64,000 nucleotides of DNA from positions 3,728 through 67,727 of the forward strand of contig JAYRRF010000012.1 of NCBI GenBank assembly GCA_041910335.1, read 5' to 3'. This document shows, piece after piece, positions 16,920 to 29,236 of the stretch (position 1 is the stretch's first letter; each line of letters opens with the position of its first letter). Made by a program: the position numbers and the translations under genes. Source of the stretch: Candidatus Moraniibacteriota bacterium. Lineage in GTDB: Bacteria > Patescibacteriota > Minisyncoccia > Moranbacterales > UBA1568. Below the pieces are notes generated by a model, which searched no databases, was not told the DNA's origin, and saw only the letters and a list, made by a program, of their open reading frames with translations.

Positions 16920-19301
16920 TTGGGTATGGCCAAAAAGAAAAAAGAGTCAAAAAAGAAAGAAGAGGAGGTAGCCGAAGAAGAGACGTCGACTCTTTCGAGT
17001 ATTCTTCATGCAGATGCAAAGAAGAGCTTACTATTAGTATTTCTGATTACCTTTGGGCTTCTTTCTGTGCTCGGGTTTTTCGATGCGGCAGGACTTATTG
17101 GTCATTGGATAGACATGGGGATTGGTTCAATGTTTGGTTACGGGAAATGGCTTCTTCCTATCCTCCTCTTTAGCTTGGCTGGGATGATGCTCACACGTAA
17201 GACCACTACCACTGGTGATGTAGTCAAATACATCGGCATGGTGGTCATCTATCTGACACTCTTGGGTCTTATTCATATCTTCATGGGAGATGATACGAAG
17301 GCATACATGAAGGTAGCAGAGGCTGGTGAAGGTGGAGGCTACTTTGGCTATGCTGTAGCAGCTGGGTTTTTCGTGCTGGCCGGTAAAATGGCTGGAGTGA
17401 TTTTACTCCTGGCTTTTTTGGTCGCTGGTTTTATCATGACGTTTAATGTTTCTTTGATTGGTTTTTTCGAGGGGATATGGTTACGTTCGAGAGGGCTTCT
17501 GCAGAAACAGAAAAATGAAGAAGTCGGGGAAGCGGAAGAAATAGAAGAAGAGGGAGTTGAAGAAGAGGGGGAGGACGAGGAAGAAGCGCAAGAGCCAGAT
17601 CCGCTCGAAGAGCACAACATCATGAACTTTGAGTTTGTGGATGAAGATGATGCAGAGCTGCCCGATGAAGTGATTGAGGAAGAAGACGATGAAGAAGATG
17701 ATGAAGAAGAGCCTGCTCCGGTCGTCAAAAAACGCCGCCGCCGATCACGTTATGCTTGGAGGCTACCAGAGAAGGATCTCTTGGAGTCCAGTGGTGAAAA
17801 AGCTGTAGGGGGGGATATAGAGCACAATAAGAGTATTATTCAAAATACCCTTAAGTACTTCGGAATTGATGTAACACCAGGAGAAGTGAAGGAAGGTCCG
17901 ACAGTGACACAATATACTTTTGCGCCTGCTTTGGGTGTCAAAATCTCACGCATTACGACACTTAATAATGATCTTGCTCTGGCTTTGGCTAAGCATCCAA
18001 TTCGTATTGAAGCACCTATTCCCGGGAAGTCACTCATCGGTATCGAGGTCCCCAACAAACAAACTGCTAAGGTGCGCATGCGGAATCTCATCGAGATGAA
18101 AGAGTTTCGTGACCGCCCATCGAATCTCATGCTCGCACTTGGACAAGATGTGACGGGTAAGAATCTGATGGCAGACCTCCGTAAGATGCCTCATCTTCTT
18201 ATCGCTGGACGAACTGGTTCCGGAAAATCTGTCTGTATCAATACATTGCTTCTTTCCCTTCTGTATCAGAATTCCCCAGAGGATTTGAAGCTCATTTTGG
18301 TTGATCCCAAGCGAGTGGAGCTCTCAGCCTATAAAGGCATACCTCATCTCAAGACCGAAGTTATTGTGGAGAACAAGAAAGTGGTCAATGTGCTCAAGTG
18401 GGCGGTAGCTGAAATGGAAAGACGTTACAAAACTCTTGAAGAAGCTAAAGTGCGTGACCTCAAGACCTATCATGAAAAGCAGAGTCAGGGAGAGACCATT
18501 ACCCGAGTCAATCTAGAGACCAATGAGATTCGTGAAGAAGCGATGGAAAACCTTCCATACATTGTCATCGTCATTGATGAAATGGCTGACCTGATGTCGG
18601 CTCATGGAAAAGAGGTTGAGGCGCTTATTATTCGTCTTGCTCAGATGTCACGAGCAATCGGTATTCACCTCATTCTTGCTACCCAGCGTCCGAGTGTCGA
18701 GGTGTTGACCGGACTTATCAAAGCTAATATCCCAACACGTATTGCTTTCCAGGTGACGACACAGATAGATTCTCGTACGATTCTCGATAGCGGTGGAGCA
18801 GAGAAGCTCCTAGGGAATGGTGATATGCTGTACTCTTCTTCTGATGGCACAGAACTCAAGCGTCTTCAAGGAGTTTTCGTCTCAGATGATGAGGTCAAAC
18901 GAGTCACCAACTTCTTGCGTCAGCAGAAGAGCGATATGGGAGATGATGACGATGAGGATGTTTTTGGTGATGCAGATGAAAATGATCCACTAATGCAAGC
19001 CCTCAATGCTGTAGATAATGGTGCCGAACAAGATGATATGTATGTACGAGCCAAAGAGGTCATTATTGGCTCTGGCAAGGCCTCGACTACATCACTACAG
19101 ACGGTGCTGGGTATCGGATATCCAAAGGCAGCTCGCTTGATGAACCTGCTTGAAGAGAACGGCGTGGTTGGCATAGTAGATGGCAAGAAACAAGTGCTTG
19201 TTGGCAAAGCCAGTCAGGCAGCATCAGAGGATGACGATGAAAGTAAATATGGAGATGACCATCTTCGCGAGCAGGCGGACAGAGAAAAATGGCAAGTCTA
19301 A
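16920..19301 (+). CDS. ftsK: DNA translocase FtsK/SpoIIIE
   Basis: N-terminal 4-TM domain, long acidic linker, Walker A LIAGRTGSGKS, C-terminal gamma winged-helix domain. Confidence 0.9.
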   Translation: MGMAKKKKESKKKEEEVAEEETSTLSSILHADAKKSLLLVFLITFGLLSVLGFFDAAGLIGHWIDMGIGSMFGYGKWLLPILLFSLAGMMLTRKTTTTGDVVKYIGMVVIYLTLLGLIHIFMGDDTKAYMKVAEAGEGGGYFGYAVAAGFFVLAGKMAGVILLLAFLVAGFIMTFNVSLIGFFEGIWLRSRGLLQKQKNEEVGEAEEIEEEGVEEEGEDEEEAQEPDPLEEHNIMNFEFVDEDDAELPDEVIEEEDDEEDDEEEPAPVVKKRRRRSRYAWRLPEKDLLESSGEKAVGGDIEHNKSIIQNTLKYFGIDVTPGEVKEGPTVTQYTFAPALGVKISRITTLNNDLALALAKHPIRIEAPIPGKSLIGIEVPNKQTAKVRMRNLIEMKEFRDRPSNLMLALGQDVTGKNLMADLRKMPHLLIAGRTGSGKSVCINTLLLSLLYQNSPEDLKLILVDPKRVELSAYKGIPHLKTEVIVENKKVVNVLKWAVAEMERRYKTLEEAKVRDLKTYHEKQSQGETITRVNLETNEIREEAMENLPYIVIVIDEMADLMSAHGKEVEALIIRLAQMSRAIGIHLILATQRPSVEVLTGLIKANIPTRIAFQVTTQIDSRTILDSGGAEKLLGNGDMLYSSSDGTELKRLQGVFVSDDEVKRVTNFLRQQKSDMGDDDDEDVFGDADENDPLMQALNAVDNGAEQDDMYVRAKEVIIGSGKASTTSLQTVLGIGYPKAARLMNLLEENGVVGIVDGKKQVLVGKASQAASEDDDESKYGDDHLREQADREKWQV

Positions 19302-20329
19302 AAACGACTGATAAGAAGATATCTATGACAGAATCGAGTTTCACGAGAAAGAAAATACAGTCACTGACACTCGGAGAGAAGCTCCGAAAACTACGAGGAG
19401 ACATGCATGTGCCGCTGACTGAGGTAGCGCGCTCTACACGTATTCGAGTTCGCTATCTAGAGTTACTAGAAAGTGGAGAATATGAGAAGCTTCCAGCAGA
19501 TGTCTATGTCAGAGGATTTCTCCGTAACTATGCGAGATTTCTTGGTGTAGACGAGAGCGCTCTCATCAAACTTTACGAAAGAGAGCGCAATATCCAGAGC
19601 AACCTCGGCAATGTCAAAGAAGTAAAGACGCAGTCTTTTAGTTTGCCGACTACTTCTTTCGTGATCACTTCTCGAGCGGTAACGCTGACGGCAGTGGTAC
19701 TACTGTTGGGAGGAGCTTTTGTGTATCTCTACAAGGAATTTTCTCAGTTTGCCGCTGAGCCAGAGTTGGTCATTCTCGAGCCAGTAAGTGGCTTTATCAG
19801 TGAATCAAGTGAAGTGACTTTGCGAGGTAAGACCGAAAAGGGTGCCCGAGTGTCAGTCAACGGAGAAGCAAGCTTTGTCGGAAGTGAAGGAGAATTCAGT
19901 GAAAAGTTGACGCTTCAGCCAGGGGTGAACACCGTCACGGTAGTAGCCATCAATCGTTTTGAAAAATCAAAAACAGAAACGCTTTCAGTCGAGTCACGTT
20001 TTCCAGAGGAGGCGAGTCCTACCTCAGAAGAACTCCAAGAGAAGGCCAGAGAAGATAATAATTTTTTTGTTGAAGTGAAGGCAGAAAAGCAGGTGGATGT
20101 GACTATCACTGCTGACGGAACAATCATTCAGAATGGCCCGATGGAACTTGGTACCAGTAAAAAAGTAGAAGCCAAGAGCGAAATTCTTGTCACTGCGAGT
20201 AATGGCAAGGTAGTGAAGATTAAGCGTGAAAATGGCGAAGAAACATATCTTGGAGAAACCGAAAAACCTGTTAAAGAAGCTGTTTTTACCAAAGATGGTA
20301 GACAAGAAAAACCGACTAGAGTAGAATAA
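19289..20329 (+). CDS. rodZ: RodZ-like cytoskeletal protein (XRE-type HTH + TM + C-terminal domain)
   Basis: LGEKLRKLRGDMHVPLTEVARSTRIRVRYLELLESGEYEKLP HTH, single TM helix, beta-rich C-terminal domain. Start may be at the internal ATG at 19325. Confidence 0.6.
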   Translation: MASLKTTDKKISMTESSFTRKKIQSLTLGEKLRKLRGDMHVPLTEVARSTRIRVRYLELLESGEYEKLPADVYVRGFLRNYARFLGVDESALIKLYERERNIQSNLGNVKEVKTQSFSLPTTSFVITSRAVTLTAVVLLLGGAFVYLYKEFSQFAAEPELVILEPVSGFISESSEVTLRGKTEKGARVSVNGEASFVGSEGEFSEKLTLQPGVNTVTVVAINRFEKSKTETLSVESRFPEEASPTSEELQEKAREDNNFFVEVKAEKQVDVTITADGTIIQNGPMELGTSKKVEAKSEILVTASNGKVVKIKRENGEETYLGETEKPVKEAVFTKDGRQEKPTRVE

Positions 20330-20385
20330 TAAATGTTTACTGTAATATGTAACTTTATTAAACAAAAGAGTTAATCAATATATTT

Positions 20386-21432
20386 ATGGCGAAGGCAAAA
20401 AAGGAAACAGCAAAAAAGAGTGCGACCGAAAAAAATAAAATTGACAGCGTCCTTGATGTGATTCAGGAAAAGTACGGGGAGGGGATGATGATGAAGCTTG
20501 GAGATGTGCCGAAGGTAGATGTCGAAGCTATCCCAACGGGCGCGCTCTCACTTGATATGGCTTTGGGTATCGGTGGAGTGCCGCGTGGGCGCATCATCGA
20601 AATCTACGGACCAGAGTCCTCAGGTAAGACGACTCTCACCCTCCATATTGTCGCCAATGCTCAGAAAGCTGGCGGAGTAGCTGCCTTCGTCGATGCCGAG
20701 CACGCCCTTGATCCAGAATATGCTAAGCGTATCGGAGTGAATATTAATGACCTTCTTATCTCACAGCCAGATACCGGAGAGCAGGCATTGGATATTGTTG
20801 AGACTCTCGTCCGGTCGAATATGGTAGATGTCATTGTTGTAGACTCAGTCGCAGCCTTGGTGCCTAAGGCTGAAATTGAAGGGGAAATGGGTGATCAGCA
20901 TGTTGGTCGTCAGGCTCGTCTCATGTCACAAGCTCTCCGTAAACTCACTGCTATTATTGCTCAGTCAAATGTAGTCGTTATCTTCATCAATCAGATTCGT
21001 ATGAAGATCGGTGTGATGTTTGGTAATCCCGAGACGACTACTGGAGGACAGGCTCTCAAGTTCTACTCATCCGTTCGTCTAGAAATTCGTCGCAGCGCTC
21101 AGATCAAGAAAGGGGAGGCCATTGTCGGTAACCGTACCAAGGTCAAGGTTGTAAAGAACAAGGTAGCAGCGCCGTTCAAGACTGCTGAGTTTGATATCAT
21201 GTATAACGAAGGTATTTCTTCTGCTGGTGATATCTTGGATACAGGTATTCTCTACCAAGCTATCAAAAAGTCTGGTAACTCTTACACTTTCGGTGAAGAG
21301 AAGCTTGGGGTAGGACGAGAAAATGCGAAGGCCTTTCTCAAAGAGAATCCGAAAGTGATGAAGGAAGTTGAGAAAGCGATTATTAGGCTTTCTAAAGAAG
21401 CTCCCGTTGATATGGGCACTGAAAGTGAGTAA
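20386..21432 (+). CDS. recA: Recombinase RecA
   Basis: [20 protein letters not shown] Walker A and RecA L1/L2 regions. Confidence 0.95.
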   Translation: MAKAKKETAKKSATEKNKIDSVLDVIQEKYGEGMMMKLGDVPKVDVEAIPTGALSLDMALGIGGVPRGRIIEIYGPESSGKTTLTLHIVANAQKAGGVAAFVDAEHALDPEYAKRIGVNINDLLISQPDTGEQALDIVETLVRSNMVDVIVVDSVAALVPKAEIEGEMGDQHVGRQARLMSQALRKLTAIIAQSNVVVIFINQIRMKIGVMFGNPETTTGGQALKFYSSVRLEIRRSAQIKKGEAIVGNRTKVKVVKNKVAAPFKTAEFDIMYNEGISSAGDILDTGILYQAIKKSGNSYTFGEEKLGVGRENAKAFLKENPKVMKEVEKAIIRLSKEAPVDMGTESE

Positions 21433-21452
21433 TAAAGAAAGTAGGTCAGAGA

Positions 21453-21497
21453 AAATACCCCAACATCTCACGTTGGGGTATTTTTGTATGGTATACT
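21453..21497 (+). promoter_or_regulatory. recA terminator fused to an extended -10 promoter (cassette copy d); very short leader
   Basis: TACCCCAAC / loop / GTTGGGGTA hairpin, T5, then TGgTATACT (-10 at 21492-21497). Next ATG at 21507. Confidence 0.55.
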
Positions 21498-21506
21498 GGA
21501 AGAACT

Positions 21507-22808
21507 ATGTTTCTCACAAAAACCAAAAAAATAGCGCAACTGAGTCTTTTCATGGTCATCATGCAGCCGTTTCTTTTGGTAGTGCTGATGCCTACTGTCC
21601 GAGCGGATGAAGTCATCCTCACCGAGGAAGAAAAAGCAGATATTCGTGACAACATTGACGAGATAGAGGCTAAGCTTAAGAAAGAAGAGAAGAAAAAAAA
21701 CCTTCTCCAGAGTGACTTAGCTCAGATTAATGGAAGTCTGAGTGCGACACAGGCTTCTATTGCTCGAGTAGGCAGACTTCTTCAGGAAACAGAGTCGTCT
21801 ATTCAATCCAAAGAACAAGAAGTCCAAAATCTCGAACAGCAGATGATTCTTGATCGACACCTACTACGTTCTCTCTTGCAAGAGATGTACTACTCAGGCA
21901 GCACGCCTCTTATCGAGGTGATGTTGAATGAGAATGACGTGAAGTCAGTATTAGCAACGCATGATAATCTTCTGACGACTCAAGAGAGAGTAGAAGCTTT
22001 GATTCGAGAAATGGATGATGCACAAAATCGTATCACCGAAGAGAAGGCAAGTCTTGAAGACCGAAAAGATGATCATGAAGATTTGCTTGCCGTTCAGAAC
22101 AAGCAGAAGCAGGGCCTCATTCTTGAGCAAAGCGAGACAGCAGGAGACCTCGAGGACCAGGCTACTGTAGTAGCCAAGCTCCAGAAGGAGCTCTCTGAAT
22201 TGCAGGGCGACTTGCAAGTACTTACTGGTAAGTCTTATAACGCAGGTGATATCAAGGAAGCAGTCAACTTTGCGAGTAGTAAGACGGGTGTACCTAAGGG
22301 ATTCCTCTTTGGTGTCCTCAAAATGGAGACAAACCTGGGTAAAAATGTCGGCGGTTGTACGTATGCTCAGGTAGAAAGTGGTGCAGAAGCGAACTATAAG
22401 AAGGGGAAACTCTCTAAGCGAGCATACCAAACCTTCATCAATCGTCGTAAGACTTTTAAGACCATCACAGACGAACTTGACCTTGATTATCGCAAGCAGA
22501 AAGTCTCTTGTAACCCAAGTGGGTATGCGGGAACAGGTGGGGCGATGGGAGTCGCACAGTTCATGCCAGATACCTGGATAGGATACAAGTCCCAAGTAGC
22601 TTCTATGACCGGCCATCGTCCTCCAAGTCCGTGGAATCTCACTGATGGTGTCATGGCCATGGCTCTCAAGCTTGGAGCTGTCCCGGGCGTTAAGGATGGC
22701 AAGGAATCAGCCTATAGACGAGCAGCTGCCGCCTACCTGGGTACGAGTTATGGTCCTTACGTCAATGGTATTATCTACTGGGCAAAGAACTACAAGCAGC
22801 TTATTTAA
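21507..22808 (+). CDS. Exported coiled-coil protein with C-terminal lytic transglycosylase (MltB/SLT_2-like) domain
   Basis: Signal peptide, about 200 aa coiled coil, then GAMGVAQFMPDTW motif typical of lytic murein transglycosylases. Confidence 0.6.
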   Translation: MFLTKTKKIAQLSLFMVIMQPFLLVVLMPTVRADEVILTEEEKADIRDNIDEIEAKLKKEEKKKNLLQSDLAQINGSLSATQASIARVGRLLQETESSIQSKEQEVQNLEQQMILDRHLLRSLLQEMYYSGSTPLIEVMLNENDVKSVLATHDNLLTTQERVEALIREMDDAQNRITEEKASLEDRKDDHEDLLAVQNKQKQGLILEQSETAGDLEDQATVVAKLQKELSELQGDLQVLTGKSYNAGDIKEAVNFASSKTGVPKGFLFGVLKMETNLGKNVGGCTYAQVESGAEANYKKGKLSKRAYQTFINRRKTFKTITDELDLDYRKQKVSCNPSGYAGTGGAMGVAQFMPDTWIGYKSQVASMTGHRPPSPWNLTDGVMAMALKLGAVPGVKDGKESAYRRAAAAYLGTSYGPYVNGIIYWAKNYKQLI

Positions 22809-22995
22809 GACTATTCTTACCCTTGCCAAAAGAAAGAATATCTGATACAGTAAGTCCACATTCAAGAAAGTCCGATGTTTTCCCGCCCTGAGCTTGTTGA
22901 AGGGATCAGGAAAACAACATCCGCTCAACGGCTAGGATTTTTCTTTGTTTGAGCGGTTTTTGTTTTAATTAAGCTAATTTTTAGAATATATTTCT

Positions 22996-23493
22996 ATGGT
23001 AGAGTACGAACTCTTTTATCTCGTAGGAGAGACAAAGGATGCAGAGCTTCCTCGCATCAAAGAGGCAGTAGAGAAGATGGTAACCGACGAAGGTGGAACT
23101 TTCTTAGCTCCACAGACTGAAGAAAAGCGTAAACTTGCTTATCAGATCAAGAAAGAAGTGCGTGGTACTTACATTGCCCGACGCTTTACTCTTCCTGATC
23201 ATGATGAGGTAGATGTTGAGACAGTAGAGGTGCACCCAATTACTAAGATCAGTCGTGCCCTGATGCTCTCTAAGGATGTTCTTCGTTTCATCGTTTTGCG
23301 CGCTGATGAGCTTCCAGAATTGAAGGCTATCCCACGAGTAGAGAAGCCAAAAGTAGACGCCAAGGGTGGTCGCTACGAGCGCCGTGGTGCTATGCGGGCA
23401 ATGCCAGAAGCTCCAGTAACCAAAGATGAAGGCGATAAGACTGTTTCTTCAGAGCAAATTGACGCTCAGTTGAAGACGAAACTCGACATCTAA
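22996..23493 (+). CDS. rpsF: 30S ribosomal protein S6 with C-terminal extension
   Basis: N-terminal YELFYLV S6 signature. Classic rpsF-ssb-rpsR gene order. Confidence 0.8.
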   Translation: MVEYELFYLVGETKDAELPRIKEAVEKMVTDEGGTFLAPQTEEKRKLAYQIKKEVRGTYIARRFTLPDHDEVDVETVEVHPITKISRALMLSKDVLRFIVLRADELPELKAIPRVEKPKVDAKGGRYERRGAMRAMPEAPVTKDEGDKTVSSEQIDAQLKTKLDI

Positions 23494-23519
23494 TTTAATA
23501 AACTTAAATAAAAAAGTTT

Positions 23520-23987
23520 ATGAACGTCAACAAAGTTATTCTGGTTGGTCGCCTCACTCGTGATCCTGAAATCCGTACCACTCCAGCTGGGCAGTCAGTC
23601 GCTACTATTAGTATGGCTACCAACAGTTTTTGGACAGATAAGAGCGGTCAGAAGCAAGACAAAACAGAGTATCACAATGTCGTCTTGTGGGGACGTCAGG
23701 CAGAGATTGCCTCACAGTACCTCACCAAGGGTCAAGAATGTTTCATTGAAGGTCGTCTCCAGACGCGAGCCTACACAGGTAAGGATGGTATCGAGCGACG
23801 CACAACTGAAGTGATTGGTGAGACGATGCAACTCGGAAGTCGCGCTCAGGGGACCTCTGCTGGAGCTTCAAGATCAGCAGTAGCTCCATCATCCGCTCCA
23901 AAAAGTACTCCTGTTGAAGAAGAAATCCCTACGATTAACCTCGATGACGAAAGTGAGGAAATTCGTATCGAAGATGTCCCTTTCTAA
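23520..23987 (+). CDS. ssb: Single-stranded DNA-binding protein
   Basis: OB-fold motifs (VILVGRLTRDPE, EYHNVVLWGRQAE). Acidic C-terminal tail ending DVPF. Confidence 0.9.
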   Translation: MNVNKVILVGRLTRDPEIRTTPAGQSVATISMATNSFWTDKSGQKQDKTEYHNVVLWGRQAEIASQYLTKGQECFIEGRLQTRAYTGKDGIERRTTEVIGETMQLGSRAQGTSAGASRSAVAPSSAPKSTPVEEEIPTINLDDESEEIRIEDVPF

Positions 23988-24027
23988 ATTATTTTTTTCA
24001 TTTTTATCTTTTAAATTTTTTGTTTCT

Positions 24028-24222
24028 ATGGATCAGGCAATGTCAAAAAAACTCCAGCATCTGGATTATAAAGATGCGTACTTTCTCCGTCGTTTTTTGA
24101 ACTCACAGGGAAAGATGTACCCACCAAAGCGTCATGGTTTGACCGCGAAAGAACAGCGTCATCTGGCTCAGGCAATTAAGAGAGCCCGATTTATGGCCCT
24201 TGTACCATACGTCATAAAGTAG
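24028..24222 (+). CDS. rpsR: 30S ribosomal protein S18
   Basis: LDYKDAYFLRRFLNSQGKMYPPKRHGLTAKEQRHLAQAIKRARFMALVPY. Start taken at the internal ATG at 24028. Confidence 0.85.
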   Translation: MDQAMSKKLQHLDYKDAYFLRRFLNSQGKMYPPKRHGLTAKEQRHLAQAIKRARFMALVPYVIK

Positions 24223-24296
24223 GTTTAAGTTTAAAGGGTAAAGTTTAAAGTCGAAGAATACTTTACATTTTTAACTTTTAATTTTTACTTAAAAAA

Positions 24297-24854
24297 ATGT
24301 TAGGAATTACAGAAATAAAAAGTGGCAAGAAAATTGTCCTCAATAATGAGCCATACGAAGTCATTGACTACCTTCATTCAAAGATCGGTCGAGGAGGAGC
24401 AGTACTACGTACAAAGCTCCGTAATCTCAACACTGGAATGGTCTTGGAACAGACTTTCCAGGGTGCTGATAAGATAGAAGAGGCAACAGTCGCTAAGGTA
24501 AAAGCTCAGTTCCTCTATAAGACAGGCGAAAGCTATGAGTTCATGGACAATGAAAGTTATGAGCAGATGACTCTCGATGAGAAAGTACTGGGAGCAAGTA
24601 AAGACTATCTTGTAGAAGGAACAGAAGTAACCCTCCTTACCTGGAATGGTCAACCATTGACGGTCGAGTTGCCAGCCAAGGTGACTCTTCTTGTGACGGA
24701 TGCTCCGCCGGGACTGAAGGGGGATACTGCCTCTGGAGGGGATAAGGTAGTGACAGTTGAAACTGGACTGCAGATCACTACGCCACTTTTCGTGAAATCA
24801 GGTGACAAAATCATTATCAATACCGAAAAAGGCACGTACGTTTCTCGAGGGTAA
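24297..24854 (+). CDS. efp: Elongation factor P
   Basis: Three-domain EF-P. The KIGRGGA loop has Arg at the position of the modified Lys34/Arg32. Confidence 0.9.
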   Translation: MLGITEIKSGKKIVLNNEPYEVIDYLHSKIGRGGAVLRTKLRNLNTGMVLEQTFQGADKIEEATVAKVKAQFLYKTGESYEFMDNESYEQMTLDEKVLGASKDYLVEGTEVTLLTWNGQPLTVELPAKVTLLVTDAPPGLKGDTASGGDKVVTVETGLQITTPLFVKSGDKIIINTEKGTYVSRG

Positions 24855-24934
24855 TAAATGGCTCTAGAAAAGCAAAAAAGGTAACTTCTAAGAGTTGCCT
24901 TTTTTCGTTTTTTTTGCTATTCTGGATGAAGTAA

Positions 24935-27410
<2,476 letters not shown>

Positions 27411-27495
27411 GCCTTTTTCTTGACGGATAAGAGGTTCACTGCTAGAATAATGCGACGATAGAGGAGTCTTTGAAATAAAGGGTACTGTATCGAAT

Positions 27496-27822
27496 ATGCC
27501 TATGAAGCTTCCACTTGAAAACCTGCAATCACTCGTTCGCTGTCTGGTGTGTAACAAAAGTCAGCATGTTAAAAAGATGCTGGTTTTGGATGAACAGGAC
27601 AATAAGACTGTCCTCCATGTTGTCTGCGATGACTGTGGAGGGGCCTCTCTGGTGCATCTCTCAGTGGGACAGATGGGAGTAGTCAGTCTCGGTATGATGA
27701 CTGACTTGGAACAAAGTGAGGCCAGAAGACTCTACCAAGGAAAACCTCTTTCTACTGATGATGTCTTCGAAGTACATCGTCTCCTCAAGGAGCACACTGG
27801 AGATATCAATGAATTATTTTAA
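27496..27822 (+). CDS. Hypothetical zinc-ribbon protein
   Basis: 108 aa with CLVCN...CDDCGG Cys pairs. Confidence 0.4.
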   Translation: MPMKLPLENLQSLVRCLVCNKSQHVKKMLVLDEQDNKTVLHVVCDDCGGASLVHLSVGQMGVVSLGMMTDLEQSEARRLYQGKPLSTDDVFEVHRLLKEHTGDINELF

Positions 27823-27849
27823 ATAACGTCTAATTACAACGGAGCTATT

Positions 27850-28500
27850 ATGAGTCAGCAATATACACTTACTCTTACTAAGAGAGAAAAGTCTTCTACC
27901 AAAGAAATAGAAGGAAAAAGAAAAGAGGGTCTTATCCCAGTTGTTTTGTACAGCCATGGCCAAGAAGCTGAGACTTTTTGGGTCAACTACATTGATTTTT
28001 CTAAAGTTTACAAACTCGCTGGCCAGAGTAGTGTCGTCGCTCTCTCTGTAGGAGCCAAGAAGACGGTTAATGCCATTGTCCAGGAAATCCAGCTTCATCC
28101 TCTCAACACTCGCTTTACCCATGTCGACCTCTATCAAGTACGTATGGATGAGAAACTCGAAGCTCATGTTCCTCTTGTATTCGTCGGAGAATCAAAGGCG
28201 GTGAGAGAGCTCGGAGGTGTATTTGTAAAAACTCTTGAAGAAGTAGAAGTAAGTTGTCTTCCAGCAGACCTGCCACACGAAATCAGCGTTGATATTGCCA
28301 AGATTGCCACTTTCGATGACCATATTCAGATCAAAGACATTGTCCTTCCAAAGGGTGTAGAGATTCTTGGAGAACCAGAGACAGTAGTTGCCCTGGTGGA
28401 TGCTCCAAGAACAGAAGCGGAAATGGCTTCTCTTGATGAAAAGGTGAGCGCTGATGTGAACAAGGTAGAGGGAGTTGTCAAAGAAGCGTCACAGGCCTAG
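27850..28500 (+). CDS. rplY: 50S ribosomal protein L25 / general stress protein Ctc form
   Basis: 216 aa with the two-domain L25/Ctc architecture. Confidence 0.85.
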   Translation: MSQQYTLTLTKREKSSTKEIEGKRKEGLIPVVLYSHGQEAETFWVNYIDFSKVYKLAGQSSVVALSVGAKKTVNAIVQEIQLHPLNTRFTHVDLYQVRMDEKLEAHVPLVFVGESKAVRELGGVFVKTLEEVEVSCLPADLPHEISVDIAKIATFDDHIQIKDIVLPKGVEILGEPETVVALVDAPRTEAEMASLDEKVSADVNKVEGVVKEASQA

Positions 28501-28502
28501 TA

Positions 28503-28533
28503 TCTTGACAGTCAGCATCTTACCAGCTAAGAT
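28503..28533 (+). promoter_or_regulatory. Sigma70-like promoter driving the candidate sRNA
   Basis: TTGACA (28505-28510), 17-nt spacer, TAAGAT (28528-28533). Confidence 0.45.
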
Positions 28534-28539
28534 GATATT

Positions 28540-28695
28540 TCATTGACTGGCCTCTACCCAGAGCGTGAAAGAAGGCATCCCTCCTAGCCTTTTTTCGCTG
28601 AAATGGCGTGAAGCTTCGGCTGAGCCCAGCTGTGGGTAGAATCAAGTCAATGAAAGCAAAAACCGCCTATCAAAGGCGGTTTTTTGTTTCTTAGG
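28540..28695 (+). ncRNA. Candidate structured small RNA of unidentified family, with its own promoter and terminator
   Basis: 11-bp outer stem TTTCATTGACT (28538-28548) pairs with AGTCAATGAAA (28645-28655). Inner 7-bp stem CTACCCA/TGGGTAG. UUCG-closed sub-hairpin. Intrinsic terminator at 28671-28693. No protein-coding potential. Confidence 0.35.
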
Positions 28696-28698
28696 AAA
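28664..28698. terminator. Bidirectional intrinsic terminator (serves pth on the minus strand and the sRNA candidate on the plus strand)
   Basis: CCGCCT ATCAA AGGCGG hairpin with T-run and A-run flanks. Confidence 0.6.
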
Positions 28699-29236
28699 GA
28701 AGATTCTCAATGTGAGTGAAGTGTTCGGTCAGGACTTTCTGTAAGAGAGTTGACTCATCGGAAGTGAACTTACCAAGGACATAGTCATGACTGGGTTGGC
28801 AGGCGCCGAGCACCTCTGCTGGTCTGCCGATACCGACGCGGTATCGTTTGAAGTCTTGGGTACCGAGATGCTCGATAATATCAGTCACTCCATTATGTCC
28901 AGCGGCTCGGGAAGAAAGAGTGACCTTCAGAGCGCCAGGGGCGATATCAAGATCATCATGGATGACGATAAGGTCGCTTGGAGAGGCTTTGTAGAAGTCC
29001 AGTATTTTTTGGACAGCTCTCCCAGAGTCATTCATGAAGAGGGTGGGTTTAGCGAGAATTATCTTCTCCTTCTCGAAGACTCCCTCTGCGAGAGTGGCAA
29101 GGAGTTTACTTTTTTCTTGCCAAGGACTCTCTGGAAAGGCACTTTGGCGGAGAATATCGAGCGCGAGAAAGCCGGCGTTGTGACGAGTGTTTTCGTAGGT
29201 TTTGCCTGGATTACCAAGGCCGATGATTATTTTCAT
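28691..29236 (-). CDS. pth: Peptidyl-tRNA hydrolase
   Basis: MKIIIGLGNPGKTYENTRHNAGF N-terminal signature. Confidence 0.9.
   Translation of the reverse strand: MKIIIGLGNPGKTYENTRHNAGFLALDILRQSAFPESPWQEKSKLLATLAEGVFEKEKIILAKPTLFMNDSGRAVQKILDFYKASPSDLIVIHDDLDIAPGALKVTLSSRAAGHNGVTDIIEHLGTQDFKRYRVGIGRPAEVLGACQPSHDYVLGKFTSDESTLLQKVLTEHFTHIENLLS

Noticed and set aside
17348-17728. Ser-rich 126-aa minus-strand ORF
   Set aside because: It is the antisense of the GAA/GAG-rich acidic linker of ftsK, so a compositional artefact.
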